Source: Octopus vulgaris (Eukaryota). Taken from it: a stretch of 64,000 nt of DNA. The DNA lies in the NCBI GenBank assembly GCA_951406725.2, contig OX597815.1:179986001-180050000 (forward strand), in the 5' to 3' direction. A model generated the notes under the pieces. That model did not search any database. It was given only the letters and a program-made list of their open reading frames with translations, and was not told where the DNA came from. The position numbers and the translations under genes were made by a program. Positions 27,955 to 39,752 of this stretch are shown here, in pieces (position 1 is the stretch's first letter; each line of letters begins with the position of its first letter).

Positions 27955-28881
27955 TAAATATATATATATATATGTGTATTATTATTAACTTAGTGGTTCA
28001 AGAAAAGAGACTAACAGAATAAGAGTCAGGCTTAAACACAAAAAAGTACTAAAGGTTGTTGACTCATTCAGTTAAAAATTCTTCAAGGCAGTGCCCCAGC
28101 ATGGCCGTAGTCTAATGCCTGAAACAAGAAAGAAGAGCAAAAACAAAAAAAAAGAGATGCCTAATGTTATCCCTTAATCCCTTTCTGGAAAATGCAGCAT
28201 TCACACAAAGGGTCAATGGCAACAAATGGCCATCTAGCAACTCCCAGTGGTCATCGATATTACAAGTTTCTGTGTCCCTTGCTTGGTTAACATTTCATTG
28301 AGTCTCTGTAGGGAGTAAGGGATATTTTAACTGTCTAACTTCTATCTGCAGATTGCTTTCTGCCTTTAAGTGTCTGGTGCCACTGAATGCTTGTCTATGA
28401 TTAGCAGTACATTCTTAACCATTGTCTACTCTCCTGTTTATACGCATTCATACACACACACACACATACACAAGCAAATATGCCAATAAAAATATAGTTG
28501 TCAATGAAATAATTTTTTCTTGCTTGTTTTCAAAAAAAAGATTTGTAAACAAAACCAAAAGATAACAGGAAATAACAGACACACACACACACACACACAC
28601 ATGCAAATATGCCAATAAAAAATTGTCAATGGAATTTTTATTTTTTGCTTGTTTTCAAAAAAAAAAAACAAAGATTTGTAAACAAAACCAAAAAATAAGA
28701 GGAAATAATGATGGAGACAAAACTGCACAAAAAAAATATATATATATCATATCCCACAATGCATTATAATTAAATTTAATTTCGTATAGAAGATATGGAA
28801 ATAAAGACATTATATTTTCCTACATTCATTGCTGTCCAAGGAATATTCTATAGGATATCATGGAATTGTATGCATGCATAC

Positions 28882-28963
28882 AATTTCCTATGATTTCTTG
28901 ATCTGAAATATCTATGTATAAGCTGGAATGAAAGCTAGAGTTATATTCTGCAATACTGAAATG
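28882..28963 (-). pseudogene. Candidate exon (HFSIAEYNSSFHSSLYIDISDQEIIGN)
   Basis: Acceptor tttttcttgcatatgttttcag in phase 0, matching the phase-0 donor at 29144; possible donor T|gtatgc. Confidence 0.45.
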
Positions 28964-29144
28964 CTGAAAACATATGCAAGAAAAATATTCACCACAAAAG
29001 TAGCTTTTAAAAATGGATGAAGAACTGTTTGTTCTCAGACAAGAATAATTATAAAGCACAATGACTGCAAGATTAAGATGTTCGTTTACTGACCAATCAC
29101 ATGGTTATTTCTTTGACCCTTATAATTATTATTTCGGTCCTTAC

Positions 29145-29876
29145 TTCAAATATTCCATCACATTCCTTACGAATATAATTTTGGGCTTCCAATCTCCCTT
29201 TCTGACATAAGGTTCCACATCTATTTTGTAGTTGAATGAGTCACATTTGGAAGGGCATCAATGAATTAAGAATCGTTTGTTCCGGCAATCTTTTATTTTT
29301 GTACCTGTTTCTGTCATTTGACTCCAGCCTTGCCAGGGTACGACCTTGAAGAATTCTTGTCAAATGAATCCACCCCAGGGCTTATTTTTTTTTGTCCTTA
29401 GAATTTGGTACTTATTCTATCCATCTCTTTAGTTGAACCACTAAGTTATGGGGATGTAAATACACCAACAACAGGGGGCAAATGCAGACACAAAAGCACA
29501 CACATGATATGGGCTTCTTTCAGTTTCCACCTACCAAATCCACTCACAAGGCTTTGGTTAGCCCAAGGCTATAGCAAAAGACACTTGCCCGAAGTGCCAT
29601 GCAGTGGAAATGAACTCTAAACCATGTGGGTGGGAAGCAAACCTGTTATCACACAGCCATGCCCACACCTATTGAAATATTCTTGCAGTTGTTGTTCAGA
29701 AGCTCCAGTTGGCTCAGCTTGAACAAAGAATTTAGCCAGTAATTCAAGCTGTGGCCATTCTATCAGTTTCTTTATTCTCTGCATGCTACCCCAAGATTTA
29801 GATTTTGTACGTATGGTTTGTGTATTAAAAGCAGTACGGAATTCATTGTAGAAAATTTGGCTCAAATTCATAGATT
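29145..29876 (-). pseudogene. Decayed exon split by a SINE (xSMNLSQIFYNEFRTAFNTQTIRTKSKSWGSMQRIKKLIEWPQLELLAKFFVQAEPTGASEQQLQEYFN-R-LPEQTILNSLMPFQM*LIQLQNRCGTLCQKGRLEAQNYIRKECDGIFE)
   Basis: Strong acceptor ttcttctcttcatccattctttatag at 29877 and donor GAA|gtaagg at 29144. Removing 29290..29668 restores one frame of about 117 codons with a single TGA (29243-29241). Confidence 0.7.
29290..29668 (-). mobile_element. SINE family 1 inserted in the decayed exon
   Basis: Head gtgtgggcatggctgtgtg..., tail ...caaatgacagaaacaggtacaaaaataaaag. Confidence 0.85.
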
Positions 29877-30017
29877 CTATAAAGAATGGATGAAGAGAAG
29901 AATACAACAAGGCTATGTGAGATGTGAATCAACAAAAGAAATGGGAAAATGGTTTCAGAGTTGGTCTGGGAATAAACATACTCAGATGACATCAAACACA
30001 TTAATAAACAACATTAA

Positions 30018-30239
30018 CCCTTTAGTTACTGTATTTATTTTGAGATTCTCTGTGTTTCTTTCATTTAATTTTAAATATAACAAAGAATTTAGTAAAATAA
30101 CTTAGTTATCATTAAGCTAGTGTTAGGAACATCTAATGTGACTAAGGTTTGGTGGAAGATTTTAATTCAGAACTTATGAAAACAAGACATTTGTTCTACA
30201 GAGTCAGAGGTGGTTTCAGGTGGGTTAATATCAAAAGGG
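30018..30239. mobile_element. Non-autonomous piggyBac-like MITE
   Basis: TTAA-CCCTTT ... AAAGGG-TTAT termini. Confidence 0.7.
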
Positions 30240-30499
30240 TTATACACACCTCTACATTTGGGCAGATGTATATTAGAAGCAGTTGGAAGGATGTGGATTG
30301 AAGGAAATTTAGGCTTTTATTTCTAGCATATAAAATGACCACACTGAAGACTCCTTCTTTCGTGGCTTCTGCTGATTATTTTTCTAGGAGTATGCATGTC
30401 TGTGGAGCGCTCAGCCATTTACACATTAATTCCAAAAAGCAGGCTGTTCCATTGATCAGATCAACTGGAACCCTCGTTGCCATAACTGAAGCAGTCCAA

Positions 30500-30892
30500 T
30501 CTCTTTCTATATAAAGCTGAAGTTGTCTGTGTGTGGCAGGTTTGGTAGCCTTCAACACCATCTTCTCTGAGACCCTGCGGCGCAAGTTGACCAAAATTGA
30601 GAGTATGATAGAAGAAGGCTTGCTCTTCCTTCTGTAGAAGAAAAAATTCAAATCGTGCCATGTTAACAGCAAAAATTATTTGCATCAAAAAGGTGCTTTT
30701 CTTCTATGAAAATCCCTATTTTTTATGATTTTTTGACTGCTGTGTCGCCATTTTTCGGTGTATTTCAACCAGAAAAATGTTCACTTACAGAGAATAACAA
30801 GCTACATAATGCAAAATTTTTACTTTTCAAAAATTCCAATTCTAAAGGGTCGAAAAGATACAAGCCCAAGCAATGCTGGGTGATACTGCTAG
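30500..30892 (+). mobile_element. Non-autonomous Helitron
   Basis: Starts TC (a|tctctttctatataaagctg), has a subterminal hairpin cccaagcaatgctggg, ends CTAG, and sits between A and T with no TSD. Confidence 0.7.
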
Positions 30893-31219
30893 TTAATTAT
30901 AAAGAACTCCTAAGTTTCTTGACTCCAATGTTTTACTGAATGACATTCTTTATGCTAAAAGGAGAATATGAGACAAACCTTCAGTTAATCCCACATAAAA
31001 ATGACATTTGCACTGGAAATAGGAATAAACTTTAAAACCATATCATGCATTTTATTAAATGTCCACACATTTCAGTTCATGTCCTACTAGAACCCTTTGC
31101 GTCCATTAACAAAGGGAGTGATTGATTGTTGTTGTTAGATACAAGGAAGTATAAACAAGGGAGGGGCAGTGAAGAGTGTGGGATATTTTAATCAACTGAT
31201 AAGATTTGCTTCTAATGAA

Positions 31220-31615
31220 AGTGGTGAGCTGGCAGAAACATTAGCATGCCAGGTGAAATGCTTAGCGGTATTTTGTCTGCCACTACATTCTGAGTTAAAA
31301 TCCACCGAGGTCAACTTTGCCTTTCATCCTTCCAGGGTTGATAAATTAAGTACCAGTTACGCACTGGAGTCGATGTAATCGACTTAATACCTATGTCTGT
31401 CCTTGTTTGTCCCCTCTGTGTTTAGCCCCTTGTTGGTAATAAAGAAATAGGTATTTTGTCTGCCACTACATTCTGAGTTCAAATTCCACCGAGGTCAACT
31501 TTGCGTTTCATCCTTCCGGGGTCAACAAATCAAGTACCAGTTGTGTACTGGGGTCGATCTAATAGACTCACCCCCTCCCCCAAAATTTCGGGCTTTGTGC
31601 CTAGATTAGAAAAGA
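31220..31615 (+). mobile_element. SINE family 3 with internal duplication
   Basis: ggtattttgtctgcc.ctacattctgagtt...gtaccagtt occurs at about 31267 and 31450 with different tails. Confidence 0.8.
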
Positions 31616-31864
31616 ATATTTGTTTCTGATGAAGATAATATACATGAAAACAATCCTGTCTTATTTTGGCACGAGGCCAGCAATTTCTGGGGAGGGGGCA
31701 AGATGATTAGATTGATCCCCCCCATCACCACCACCACACCCAGTGCTTGACTGGTACTCATGTTATCAACCCCAGATGGACAAAACGCCGCTAACCCTAA
31801 CTGTCTGGCATGGTAATGTTTCTGCCAGCTCACTGCCCTAATATGCACCAAAGTAATAACTTAC

Positions 31865-31927
31865 TCCAATTTATAAATCTCAAATCAATAACTGTTTGGA
31901 TTCTGTTTTCTTCAAAGTTGAAATTTC
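31865..31927 (-). pseudogene. Candidate small exon (NFNFEENRIQTVIDLRFINW)
   Basis: Donor A|gtaagt in phase 1, compatible with the phase-1 acceptor at 29877 (A+AA = Lys); acceptor weak. Confidence 0.4.
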
Positions 31928-32359
31928 CTTAGTGCACATGTACTAAAAATTTTTCAATTAACCCACTTGTATAATTTTTTTCATTTTTTTTATTCAAATT
32001 CTTTCTTCGCCTTTATTGATTGTCATTTACTCAAAAACGTTACAGAGATTCTGCAACAAATATCTCTTCATCAAATCACAAGATGCCAATTTTCTGCAGG
32101 TGTTGCCTGTGGGAGAATTTGAAATCAGAGTTGCAAGTTAACAAAACACTTATCAATTAAACGGTGTTGCCATTCCGAACAGTAAGGAACCAAGCCATTA
32201 AAAGATAAGTGTCTCTACAAGAACTGCAGTACAGTGCTGATGACAGGATACAAGCTGTCAAAGCTTCAGCCTGCAGGCAAATACCTTATCAAAATGGACA
32301 GCTACAACACGAGCTATCAAGTTTGATAATCATTATTTTAAAAATGTATACAAACATAT

Positions 32360-32820
32360 AGGCACAGGCTTGGCTGTGTAGTAAGAAGTCTGCTTCCCAA
32401 CTACATGGTTCTGGGTTCAGTCCCACTGCATGGCACCTTCAGCAAGTGTCTTCTACTATAGCCCCAGGCTGGCCAAATCATTTAGTGGATTTGGTAGACG
32501 GAAACTGAAAGAAGCCTGTCTTATAGATACGTATATATGTATGTGTGTGTATGTATATATGTGTGTTTTTGTGTGTATATATATGTATGTACATATGTGT
32601 GTGTGTGTATCTTTGTCTGTGTTTGTCCCCCACTACCACTTGACAACTGATGTTGGTATTTTTGTGTCCCTGTAACTTAGCAGTTTGGCAAAGGAGACCA
32701 ATAGAATAAGTACCAGTTTTAAAAGGAAAAAAAAAAAGTCCTGGGGTCAGTTTGTTTGACTGAATTCAAGGCAGTGCTCCAGCATGGCCATAGTCTAATG
32801 ACAGACACAAGTAAAAGAAA
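32360..32820 (+). mobile_element. SINE family 1, full length
   Basis: tRNA-like head, internal (TG/TA)n and conserved tail. Confidence 0.88.
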
Positions 32821-33860
32821 CACAAAAGAAAGATACATGACTGTTATAAAATCGATTTCCTTCTCCAGTATGCAAATTTAATTTTTGCTAAGAACGATTA
32901 TGGATAATTGAAGCAACTCTCAAGAGTTTAATGCCTGTGGGATATGAACTCTAACACAAATATCCCAGCAGTCTACCATTCCATGTTCCAGACATTTTGG
33001 CACTTTAATACGTCCAAGGAAACAAATAAATCAGACATCGAAGAGAAACTGATTCTGCAAGAGGGAAAATTTGAGTGTCATTGAAGTGATTATGTTATTG
33101 CTAACACCGAGAAGAAGCTGTTTCTTTCACACTCAGCAAATGGGATAGAACTTTGGTCAGGAAGAACTGGAGTCATCGGACGGTATCTCTACAGTCATTG
33201 GGTGTTTAGATGATCGTGGTCTCACGTGGTGAAACCATCTAATAACGACTCCGTTCAGAAAGCTGGAATAGAAGATGTCATTCGAGGAAAGAACACTGTA
33301 CAATGAATATCCACAGAACCAAGCTGTAGCCTTTAAATGCTTTTTACTCCGGGTCACAAATATATACAAGTTGAATAAATCATGAAAGGTATCTACAAGT
33401 GGAAGGCCATGTCCAGCTTCTGCGTCTCCTACATCATAGCTGCTCAGTGTCTATTAGCTGTTGCATGCTTTATGCAAGGGCTAAGGAGGTCATGTCCTCA
33501 CACGCTGTTGTCACGAAGACAAAGAGAAAGGACAAAGTGCCGGAACCTCAGAGTTACTTGCTGTGCCATCTAGTGGTGAGCTATTTAGACAGCTACAGTC
33601 AGGGGAGGTAACTGCACCTACAGGTGTTTTGACCCTGAGCCATAGCACGCTCCCATTGGTGAGTCAGCAGAGGTAGACAAATCACTACTCGTCATCTCCT
33701 CCTGGTTTCCAACTTAAATCCTCTTTTTTTGCTCCATAACCAGCAACTGGCTCTTCCTCCTGCCTCTCCCATTTGGCGCACAGCTACCCTTCACTCTTTC
33801 CCTCTCGTTCCAATGGCTGTAAGCATCCTCCTTGCCAACTGGGTAGGGGGGGACCTCCTG

Positions 33861-34123
33861 CAGCCAATCTTGACTGGGAAAAGTCATGACTGCCATCCCT
33901 TCTTCCTGCAATCTTGACCGGGAAATCTTGCAGCCAATCTTGACCGGGAAAAGCCATGATTGCCATCCCTTCTTCCTGCAATCTTGACCGGGAAATCTTG
34001 CAGCTAATCTTGACCGGGAAAAGCCATGATTGCCATCCCTTCTTCCTGCAATCTTGACCGGGAAATCTTGCAGCTAATCTTGACCGGGAAAAGCCATGAC
34101 TGCCATCCCTTCTTCCTGCAATC
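33861..34123. repeat. 70-bp minisatellite, about 3.8 copies
   Basis: Units start at 33861, 33931, 34001 and 34071; each full unit has aatcttgac.gggaaa twice. Confidence 0.95.
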
Positions 34124-35139
34124 CTGCAGGAGGCTCTATGAGAAAGAATTTTAAAAATGAATGGGAGACAACCATAAAGTAAAACCTGATATATTTGATT
34201 CATAATCTTAATCCCTGCTTTAAAAAATGGATTAACCATGATCTGCTTAAATGAAATGCAATGAAAATATCATATTGCAAGCAACAACAATTAAAAAGAA
34301 CACATAACAATGCATATAACATACTGAGTGAGTGAATGAATATTTACATTAAAACAGGCAAGAAAACAATTTGTACATTAACAAAATTGACACAAGAACT
34401 ATTCACTGTAAGCTTAAGTTATTGTTTTCAATATGAAAACAGCATTAAATAGAAAGCAGGTTCTATTTAAATTGATACATCCAGCATTGTGTATGTAAGC
34501 AGACACACAAACACATGTATGTGTGTGTTTGTTACATAAATTACTGATGTATACTAGCATTAGTAATTTCTATGTGCCTATCATGAGTATGTATTCCAAT
34601 CTTTACATATATATATATATATATATATGAGGATAGATATTTGCATGCTTTTCTATAAGTATGCATGTCTGCACATACATAAGTGTAATACATGAAAAAA
34701 TTTAATTCACATAATGTATTTTCCATAAGAGGGATTTGGCAAAATGAAGTGCAAAGTCATTCTGGTTCAGAGAGTAAAAATATTTCTATGTATAAAAAAA
34801 TAAACAAAATAAAAAAACAACAACAAGCAAACTAATAATATAATGTACCTAGGTTGTTCATGATGTTGTTGTATGTAAGCCCAGATTGTTTCTGATGGAG
34901 CAGTTTTAGGGTATGAAGTTAGCCAAAATGACTTGATATGACATACGAAATTGTCATTTCAGAAATACCTTCCATAGGCACAGGCGGAGTTGTGTGGTAA
35001 GAAGCTTGCTTCACAACCACATGGTTCTGGGTTCAGTCCCACTACGTGGCACTTTGGGCAAGTGTCTTCTGCCTTGTGCGTGGATTTGGTAGACAGAAGC
35101 TGAAAGAAGGCATGTGTGTGTGTGTGTATATATATAAAT

Positions 35140-35315
35140 GTGACCGCGTGTGTACCGTTGGCGATTTTTTTCCCTCTGTCTTCCCTTCTCCTATGTTTCC
35201 GATGAAGAGCTCCGCTCGAAACGTTAAACCCGCCTTCTTTCCTGAGCGTCCAATAATACTATATTTGTTCCACGTCCTCACGTTGTTGTGTTTTTTTGTG
35301 CTTTCTTGTTTGGAT

Positions 35316-35320
<5 letters not shown>
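35140..35320 (+). mobile_element. Penelope-type terminal fragment with well-preserved minimal hammerhead motif, nested in a split SINE (34976..36000)
   Basis: gttt-CCGATGA-a-gagc-tcc-gctc-GAAA-cgtt-aaac at 35195..35229. Confidence 0.65.
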
Positions 35321-35351
<31 letters not shown>

Positions 35352-35704
35352 CATATATATATATAATAAAATGAATGGTTTACACCTGCATTTATTTATC
35401 ACCCGACAAGATACATCTGCACTGCCAGATGCTCCTGAACCAGTTGTTGAGTGTCCCACCCAAGAGGAATTGATGCTAGATGTGTCGAAGTAATTGTCGT
35501 GATTAATAATAAATTCTCGTATATTCCATCTTCCGTATATTTATATATATATATGTATATAGCAATAAGAAAAGGGAGGGGATCAATAGATGGTTTATCA
35601 ACTTTTAGACATTATATTATGTTAACTTATTTATTTACTAAAATGACAATTACAAGAATATACATACATATATAACATATATACTTATATACATATACAT
35701 ACAT

Positions 35705-35751
<47 letters not shown>

Positions 35752-36246
35752 TATATATGTATATCTATGTGTGTGTGTGTCTTTGTGTTTATGTTTGTCC
35801 CCCTCCCAACACCTGACAACTGGTGTTGGTGTGTTTACGTCCCCGTAACTTAGTGGTTCATCAAAAGAGACTAATAGAATAAGTTCCAGGCTTAAAATGA
35901 GAATAAGTTCTGGGGTCAATTCATTTGGTGAAAATTCTTCAAGTCGGTGCTCCAGCCTGGCCACAGTCTAATGACTAAAACAAGTAAAATAATAAAAAGA
36001 CGAAAGCTCTGCATAACCAACGATGATATTGAACTCTCTGACTTGCAGTAACAAATGATATGGAGTGCAGGGCAACAGTTTTGTGCCCTTGATGTTGGGG
36101 GCTAGACCCAGGTAACACCTAATTACTTAAGCCTATGGTCAAGGGCACTCTAGCCATGACCATCCTATAACAGTTCTAAAACATTCAGTTGGCATTTGGG
36201 GTAGGTTTTTAGCTGCTATTTTAGCAGGTCAAGGAACTATATAGAC

Positions 36247-36604
36247 CAGCAGTTCTCAACTATAGCTCATAGGGTCACATTCAAACCTCAAGCATCCTTC
36301 CAGTGGGCCCAACAGTCTTCCATCAATAAATATAATAAATCTTTCTTTAATTACCTTGTGTTTTACATTGTTTGGTGTGGCCCCCTAAAAAAATTCAGGT
36401 TTTGGATCTGGCCAAGATGTTAAAATGTTGAAAACCCGTTACACACAATGGTTCCTAGCCTAGGGTCCACAAAGGCTGTACTGAGTTCTGTTTGGTGAAG
36501 TGAGTAAAACATTTGTTGAGCAGAGCAGATAGTCCTTTAAAACGTCTAGAGTTGATAGGACTAATTCATTTTACAAAAAGGGGTTCTCGGTAGTGAACCA
36601 CAGA
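36247..36604. mobile_element. Two adjacent decayed hAT/Charlie-like MITEs
   Basis: cagcagttctcaac...gttgaaaacccgtt and caatggttcctagcc...gtgaaccacag resemble CAGTGGTTCYCAAC termini. Confidence 0.4.
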
Positions 36605-37185
36605 TATAGAGACCCCTTTGTTTGTTAGACAAATAACTGGTTCTGCGGTGGCCATAGTGGGGGGGGGGGTCGTGTGGACTCGGTCAGGACACCTGATATT
36701 CCTCTTTGCTTTGGTGATAGGAGAGGATAATTAACTTCAAAAATTATACGGGAACATCATAGAGAAGGAGAGGATGGAGCAGGAAGACCTGTCTTTGATA
36801 CTCTACACAAAGACGAAATCTGTGCTGACCCAACAATTTAATGTGCTATTTGATTTAGTAAAAAAACACCCAGTACACTTTATAAAGTGGTTGGTATTAG
36901 GAAAGGTAGCCAGTTGTGGAAATGATGCCAAAACAGACCACTGGAGCCTGGTGCAGTTCCACACATTACCAGCTCCTGTCAAACCATCCAATCCCTGACA
37001 GCATGGAAAATGGACATTAAATGATGATGACATCAGCTGAGGGGCAGATCATACATGAACAGTTTTAGTAGGATCCATGTTTAGTGGAAAGAAAGGAAAG
37101 AATAAATCCAAAACTTGTCTAAACATTGCTTCAGGTTTTTGTAGCAATGATAATTAGTGACAATAAAAACTATAAATATATTTCT

Positions 37186-37500
37186 TTATTTTAGAATTGA
37201 TCTAAGAGCATTTCGGGTGTTGTTATGTTCATGGAAACCCTTAGTATATAAGGTGGGGGTGGGCTGAGTGTAAATATCAGGAAAATATTTGAGCTGGTAA
37301 AATTTTGTTCTTCTGTTTGGCTCATACACAGGCATTTTCTCAATGTTTTGTATCTGTATACCAATTTCCTTCGTGAACCAAGGAAGTATATTGCATTGCC
37401 AAATATAAAAACTAGTTCACATAAACATGCTACCATAATTCTGAAATATTCAACTGTTGTAAACCGTTCCTGTCATATCTAAGTCAGCTGATATACCATA
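37186..37500 (-). pseudogene. Candidate decayed exon (YGISADLDMTGTVYNS*IFQNYGSMFM*TSFYIWQCNILPWFTKEIGIQIQNIEKMPVYEPNRRTKFYQLKYFPDIYTQPTPTLYTKGFHEHNNTRNALRSILK)
   Basis: Acceptor ctacctgtag at 37501; 105 codons with two internal TGA (37452, 37419). Confidence 0.55.
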
Positions 37501-37675
37501 CTACAGGTAGTTTGTTAAAACTTTTCAGTTAGTGCCAAAATAATCACAGTTTTGGTTTATTTTAAACTTTAATGCATATTTTCGAATAAACTTCCTTTTT
37601 TTACTTCTAATATAGGATAAATTGTTTTCAAAAAATTTCATCAAGTGGTCAGCATATTAGAATACCTTTTAAGGT

Positions 37676-38146
37676 GAAAATTGTAAACAATTATAAAGAA
37701 GGGCAAAAGAAAAAATTTCTCTGCCAATATTCTGAGAAATAGACTTTAAAGCGTTAATCACCACATACAATATACATCACTATAAATACACATCATGTTA
37801 ACTCAAGGAAAACAAGCGAACATAATTTTGGGGGGGTACTTATGTGTACTCATGACATTTGCTTCTGTTTTTTTTTCCATCGGTGCTTGTAAGTATTTCA
37901 TTTATTTCTTAACATATTCTCTGCTGATGAGTGGTAAAATCAGTTGGATTAATCTCGAAATCGTTCAATACAGAGATAACAAATTAAAAAAAAAAATTCT
38001 GTTCGCTTGCTTTTCTCGATTCAACACGGCGTGTATTTATAGTGATGTATATTGTATGTGGTGATTCACAATTTAAAGTCTTTTTCTCGGCATATTGGCA
38101 TAGAAATTTGTTTCTTTTGCCCTTATTTATAATTGTTTATAAACTT
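37676..38146. mobile_element. Foldback MITE with about 155-bp inverted arms, nested in the mariner 5' region
   Basis: taaacaattataaagaagggcaaaaga...atcaccacatacaatatacatcactataaatacac is mirrored at 37992..38146; partial related copy at about 14585..14690. Confidence 0.85.
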
Positions 38147-38587
38147 CTTTTTATGTAACTATCTTTCAAGTAACATACCATTTTGAAGCACAGATTTCCA
38201 GTCAATGGTTTATAGTAGTGGTCTTGGTTTCACCGTCTATTCATGTTTATTTTAGGCTGTCAAATTAAAATTGTAGGAGAAAAGTAATTCTGAGTTATTT
38301 TATTCTATGAACTCAAAATGAAATGCAAAACAGCAGAAACTGCTCACAATATCAACCAAGCATTTGGCTAGGCGGCTGTGAATGATTGTATAGCTTAACA
38401 TGGGTTCCAAAACTTTCACAGTGGAGACGAGTCTTGAAGAAGAGGAAGATTGCAGATGACTTTCTGTGAGAGACGGCGTTCAACCGAGGAACAATATTGA
38501 AGCAGATCCACTCAAAATAACTTTAGAGATGGCAAAATAACTAAATGTTGACCATTCAACAAATTTTTTCAGACATTTGTATGATAA

Positions 38588-38972
38588 TACTCTCTTTTAC
38601 TTGTTTCAGTCATTTGACTGCGGCCATGCTGGAGCACCGCCTTTTAGTCGAGCAAATCGACCCCGGGACTTATTCTTTGCAAGCCTAGTACTTATTCTAT
38701 TGGTCTCTTTTGCCAAACCGCTAAGTGACGGGGACGTAAACACACCAGCATCGGTTGTCAAGCGATGCTGGGGGGACAAACATATACACACATATATACA
38801 TATACATATATACGACAGGCTTCTTTCAGTTTCCGTTTACCAAATCCACTCACAAGGCATTGGTCGGCCCAGGGCTATAGCAGAAGACACTTGCTCAAGA
38901 TGCCACGCAGTGGGACTGAACCCCGGAACCATGTGGTTGGTAAGCAAGCTACTTACCACACAGCCACTCCTG
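38588..38972 (-). mobile_element. SINE family 1, full length and close to consensus, nested in the mariner ORF
   Basis: Complete head, internal microsatellite and tail; many CpGs retained. Confidence 0.9.
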
Positions 38973-39419
38973 TGCAAGTTAAAAACATGCAAAGTTAACA
39001 TTTGACAAATGGTTGCTACATGACCTGAAGGAAAAAAGATCCTTCTCTATTCTGCACTTTTATTGTATAACGAAATATCAATCCATTTCTTGATCACATG
39101 ATAAAAAAGAGATTTTACAGAATATCCAACAGCATTTTGTATGGTTACTGGACTGGAGTGACACACTGAAACACTTTCTGAAACCGAAGCTGTATCAAAG
39201 GAAGTTTATGGTGGCTGGTTACTGGAATTATTCCCTATTATTTCTTAAATCCTAGCAAAACCATTTCAGCAGAGAAATATTATCAAACGAATCAGCAAAC
39301 TGCATCAAGAATAGCTCTATTTACTTCCAACATTGGTCAGTTGAAAAGGACCGATTCTTCTCCAAAGAAAAGCCCAACCTCATGTCTCAGAAATGTCTTG
39401 GAGAAACTGAATGAACTGA

Positions 39420-39752
39420 TAATAGGAGTAAAAGGTAATTTTGATCTCCAGCTTAACAATGGAGACTCTGTTTGAACACAGAACACGGCATTATTTACGT
39501 TGTGAGGATCTCTCATAAGAACTCATGATGCAAAAAGGCACTCATAATTATATTGTTGATAGACGTGAACCATCTGCTATGGCCACCGGGACAAACCCAT
39601 GTGATCTAGTAGTTCCACTGGTCATAGCAGATGATTCTTGTCTGTCTGATATAATTACAAGAGCTTTTATGCATCACAAGTCCTTACAGGCATTCCTCGA
39701 GATAGATAATGCAGTATTCTCTGTTCTAACACAACCAAGACTGTTTTTTGAT
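39420..39752. mobile_element. Old foldback insertion in the mariner (arms 39474..39590 and about 39613..39726)
   Basis: Interrupts KLNEL/NY; flanked by tgaact at 39412 and 39753; arms are diverged reverse complements (catctgctatggcca / tggtcatagcagatg). Confidence 0.7.

Noticed and set aside
29244-29289. LPEQTILNSLMPFQ as the Q motif of a SMARCAL1/ZRANB3-type helicase
   Set aside because: No DEMGLGKT motif I follows at the expected distance.
32960-33300. Possible very old RTE coding remnant on +
   Set aside because: Only a faint HVV-type resemblance; too degraded to call.
33861-34123. CRISPR-like reading of regular repeats (also the RTE sub-repeats)
   Set aside because: Contiguous tandem units without unique spacers, no cas genes, eukaryotic context.
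35400-35535. Peptide-like frames on both strands
   Set aside because: Sits inside a split SINE between (TA)n tracts and is more likely a TE end; no consistent splice pair.
29241-37452. In-frame TGAs as selenocysteine, Trp recoding or A-to-I rescue
   Set aside because: Other segments also contain TAA/TAG stops and TE insertions, so decay is simpler. Any stop can be read as C-to-T from Gln/Arg, so that pattern carries no information.
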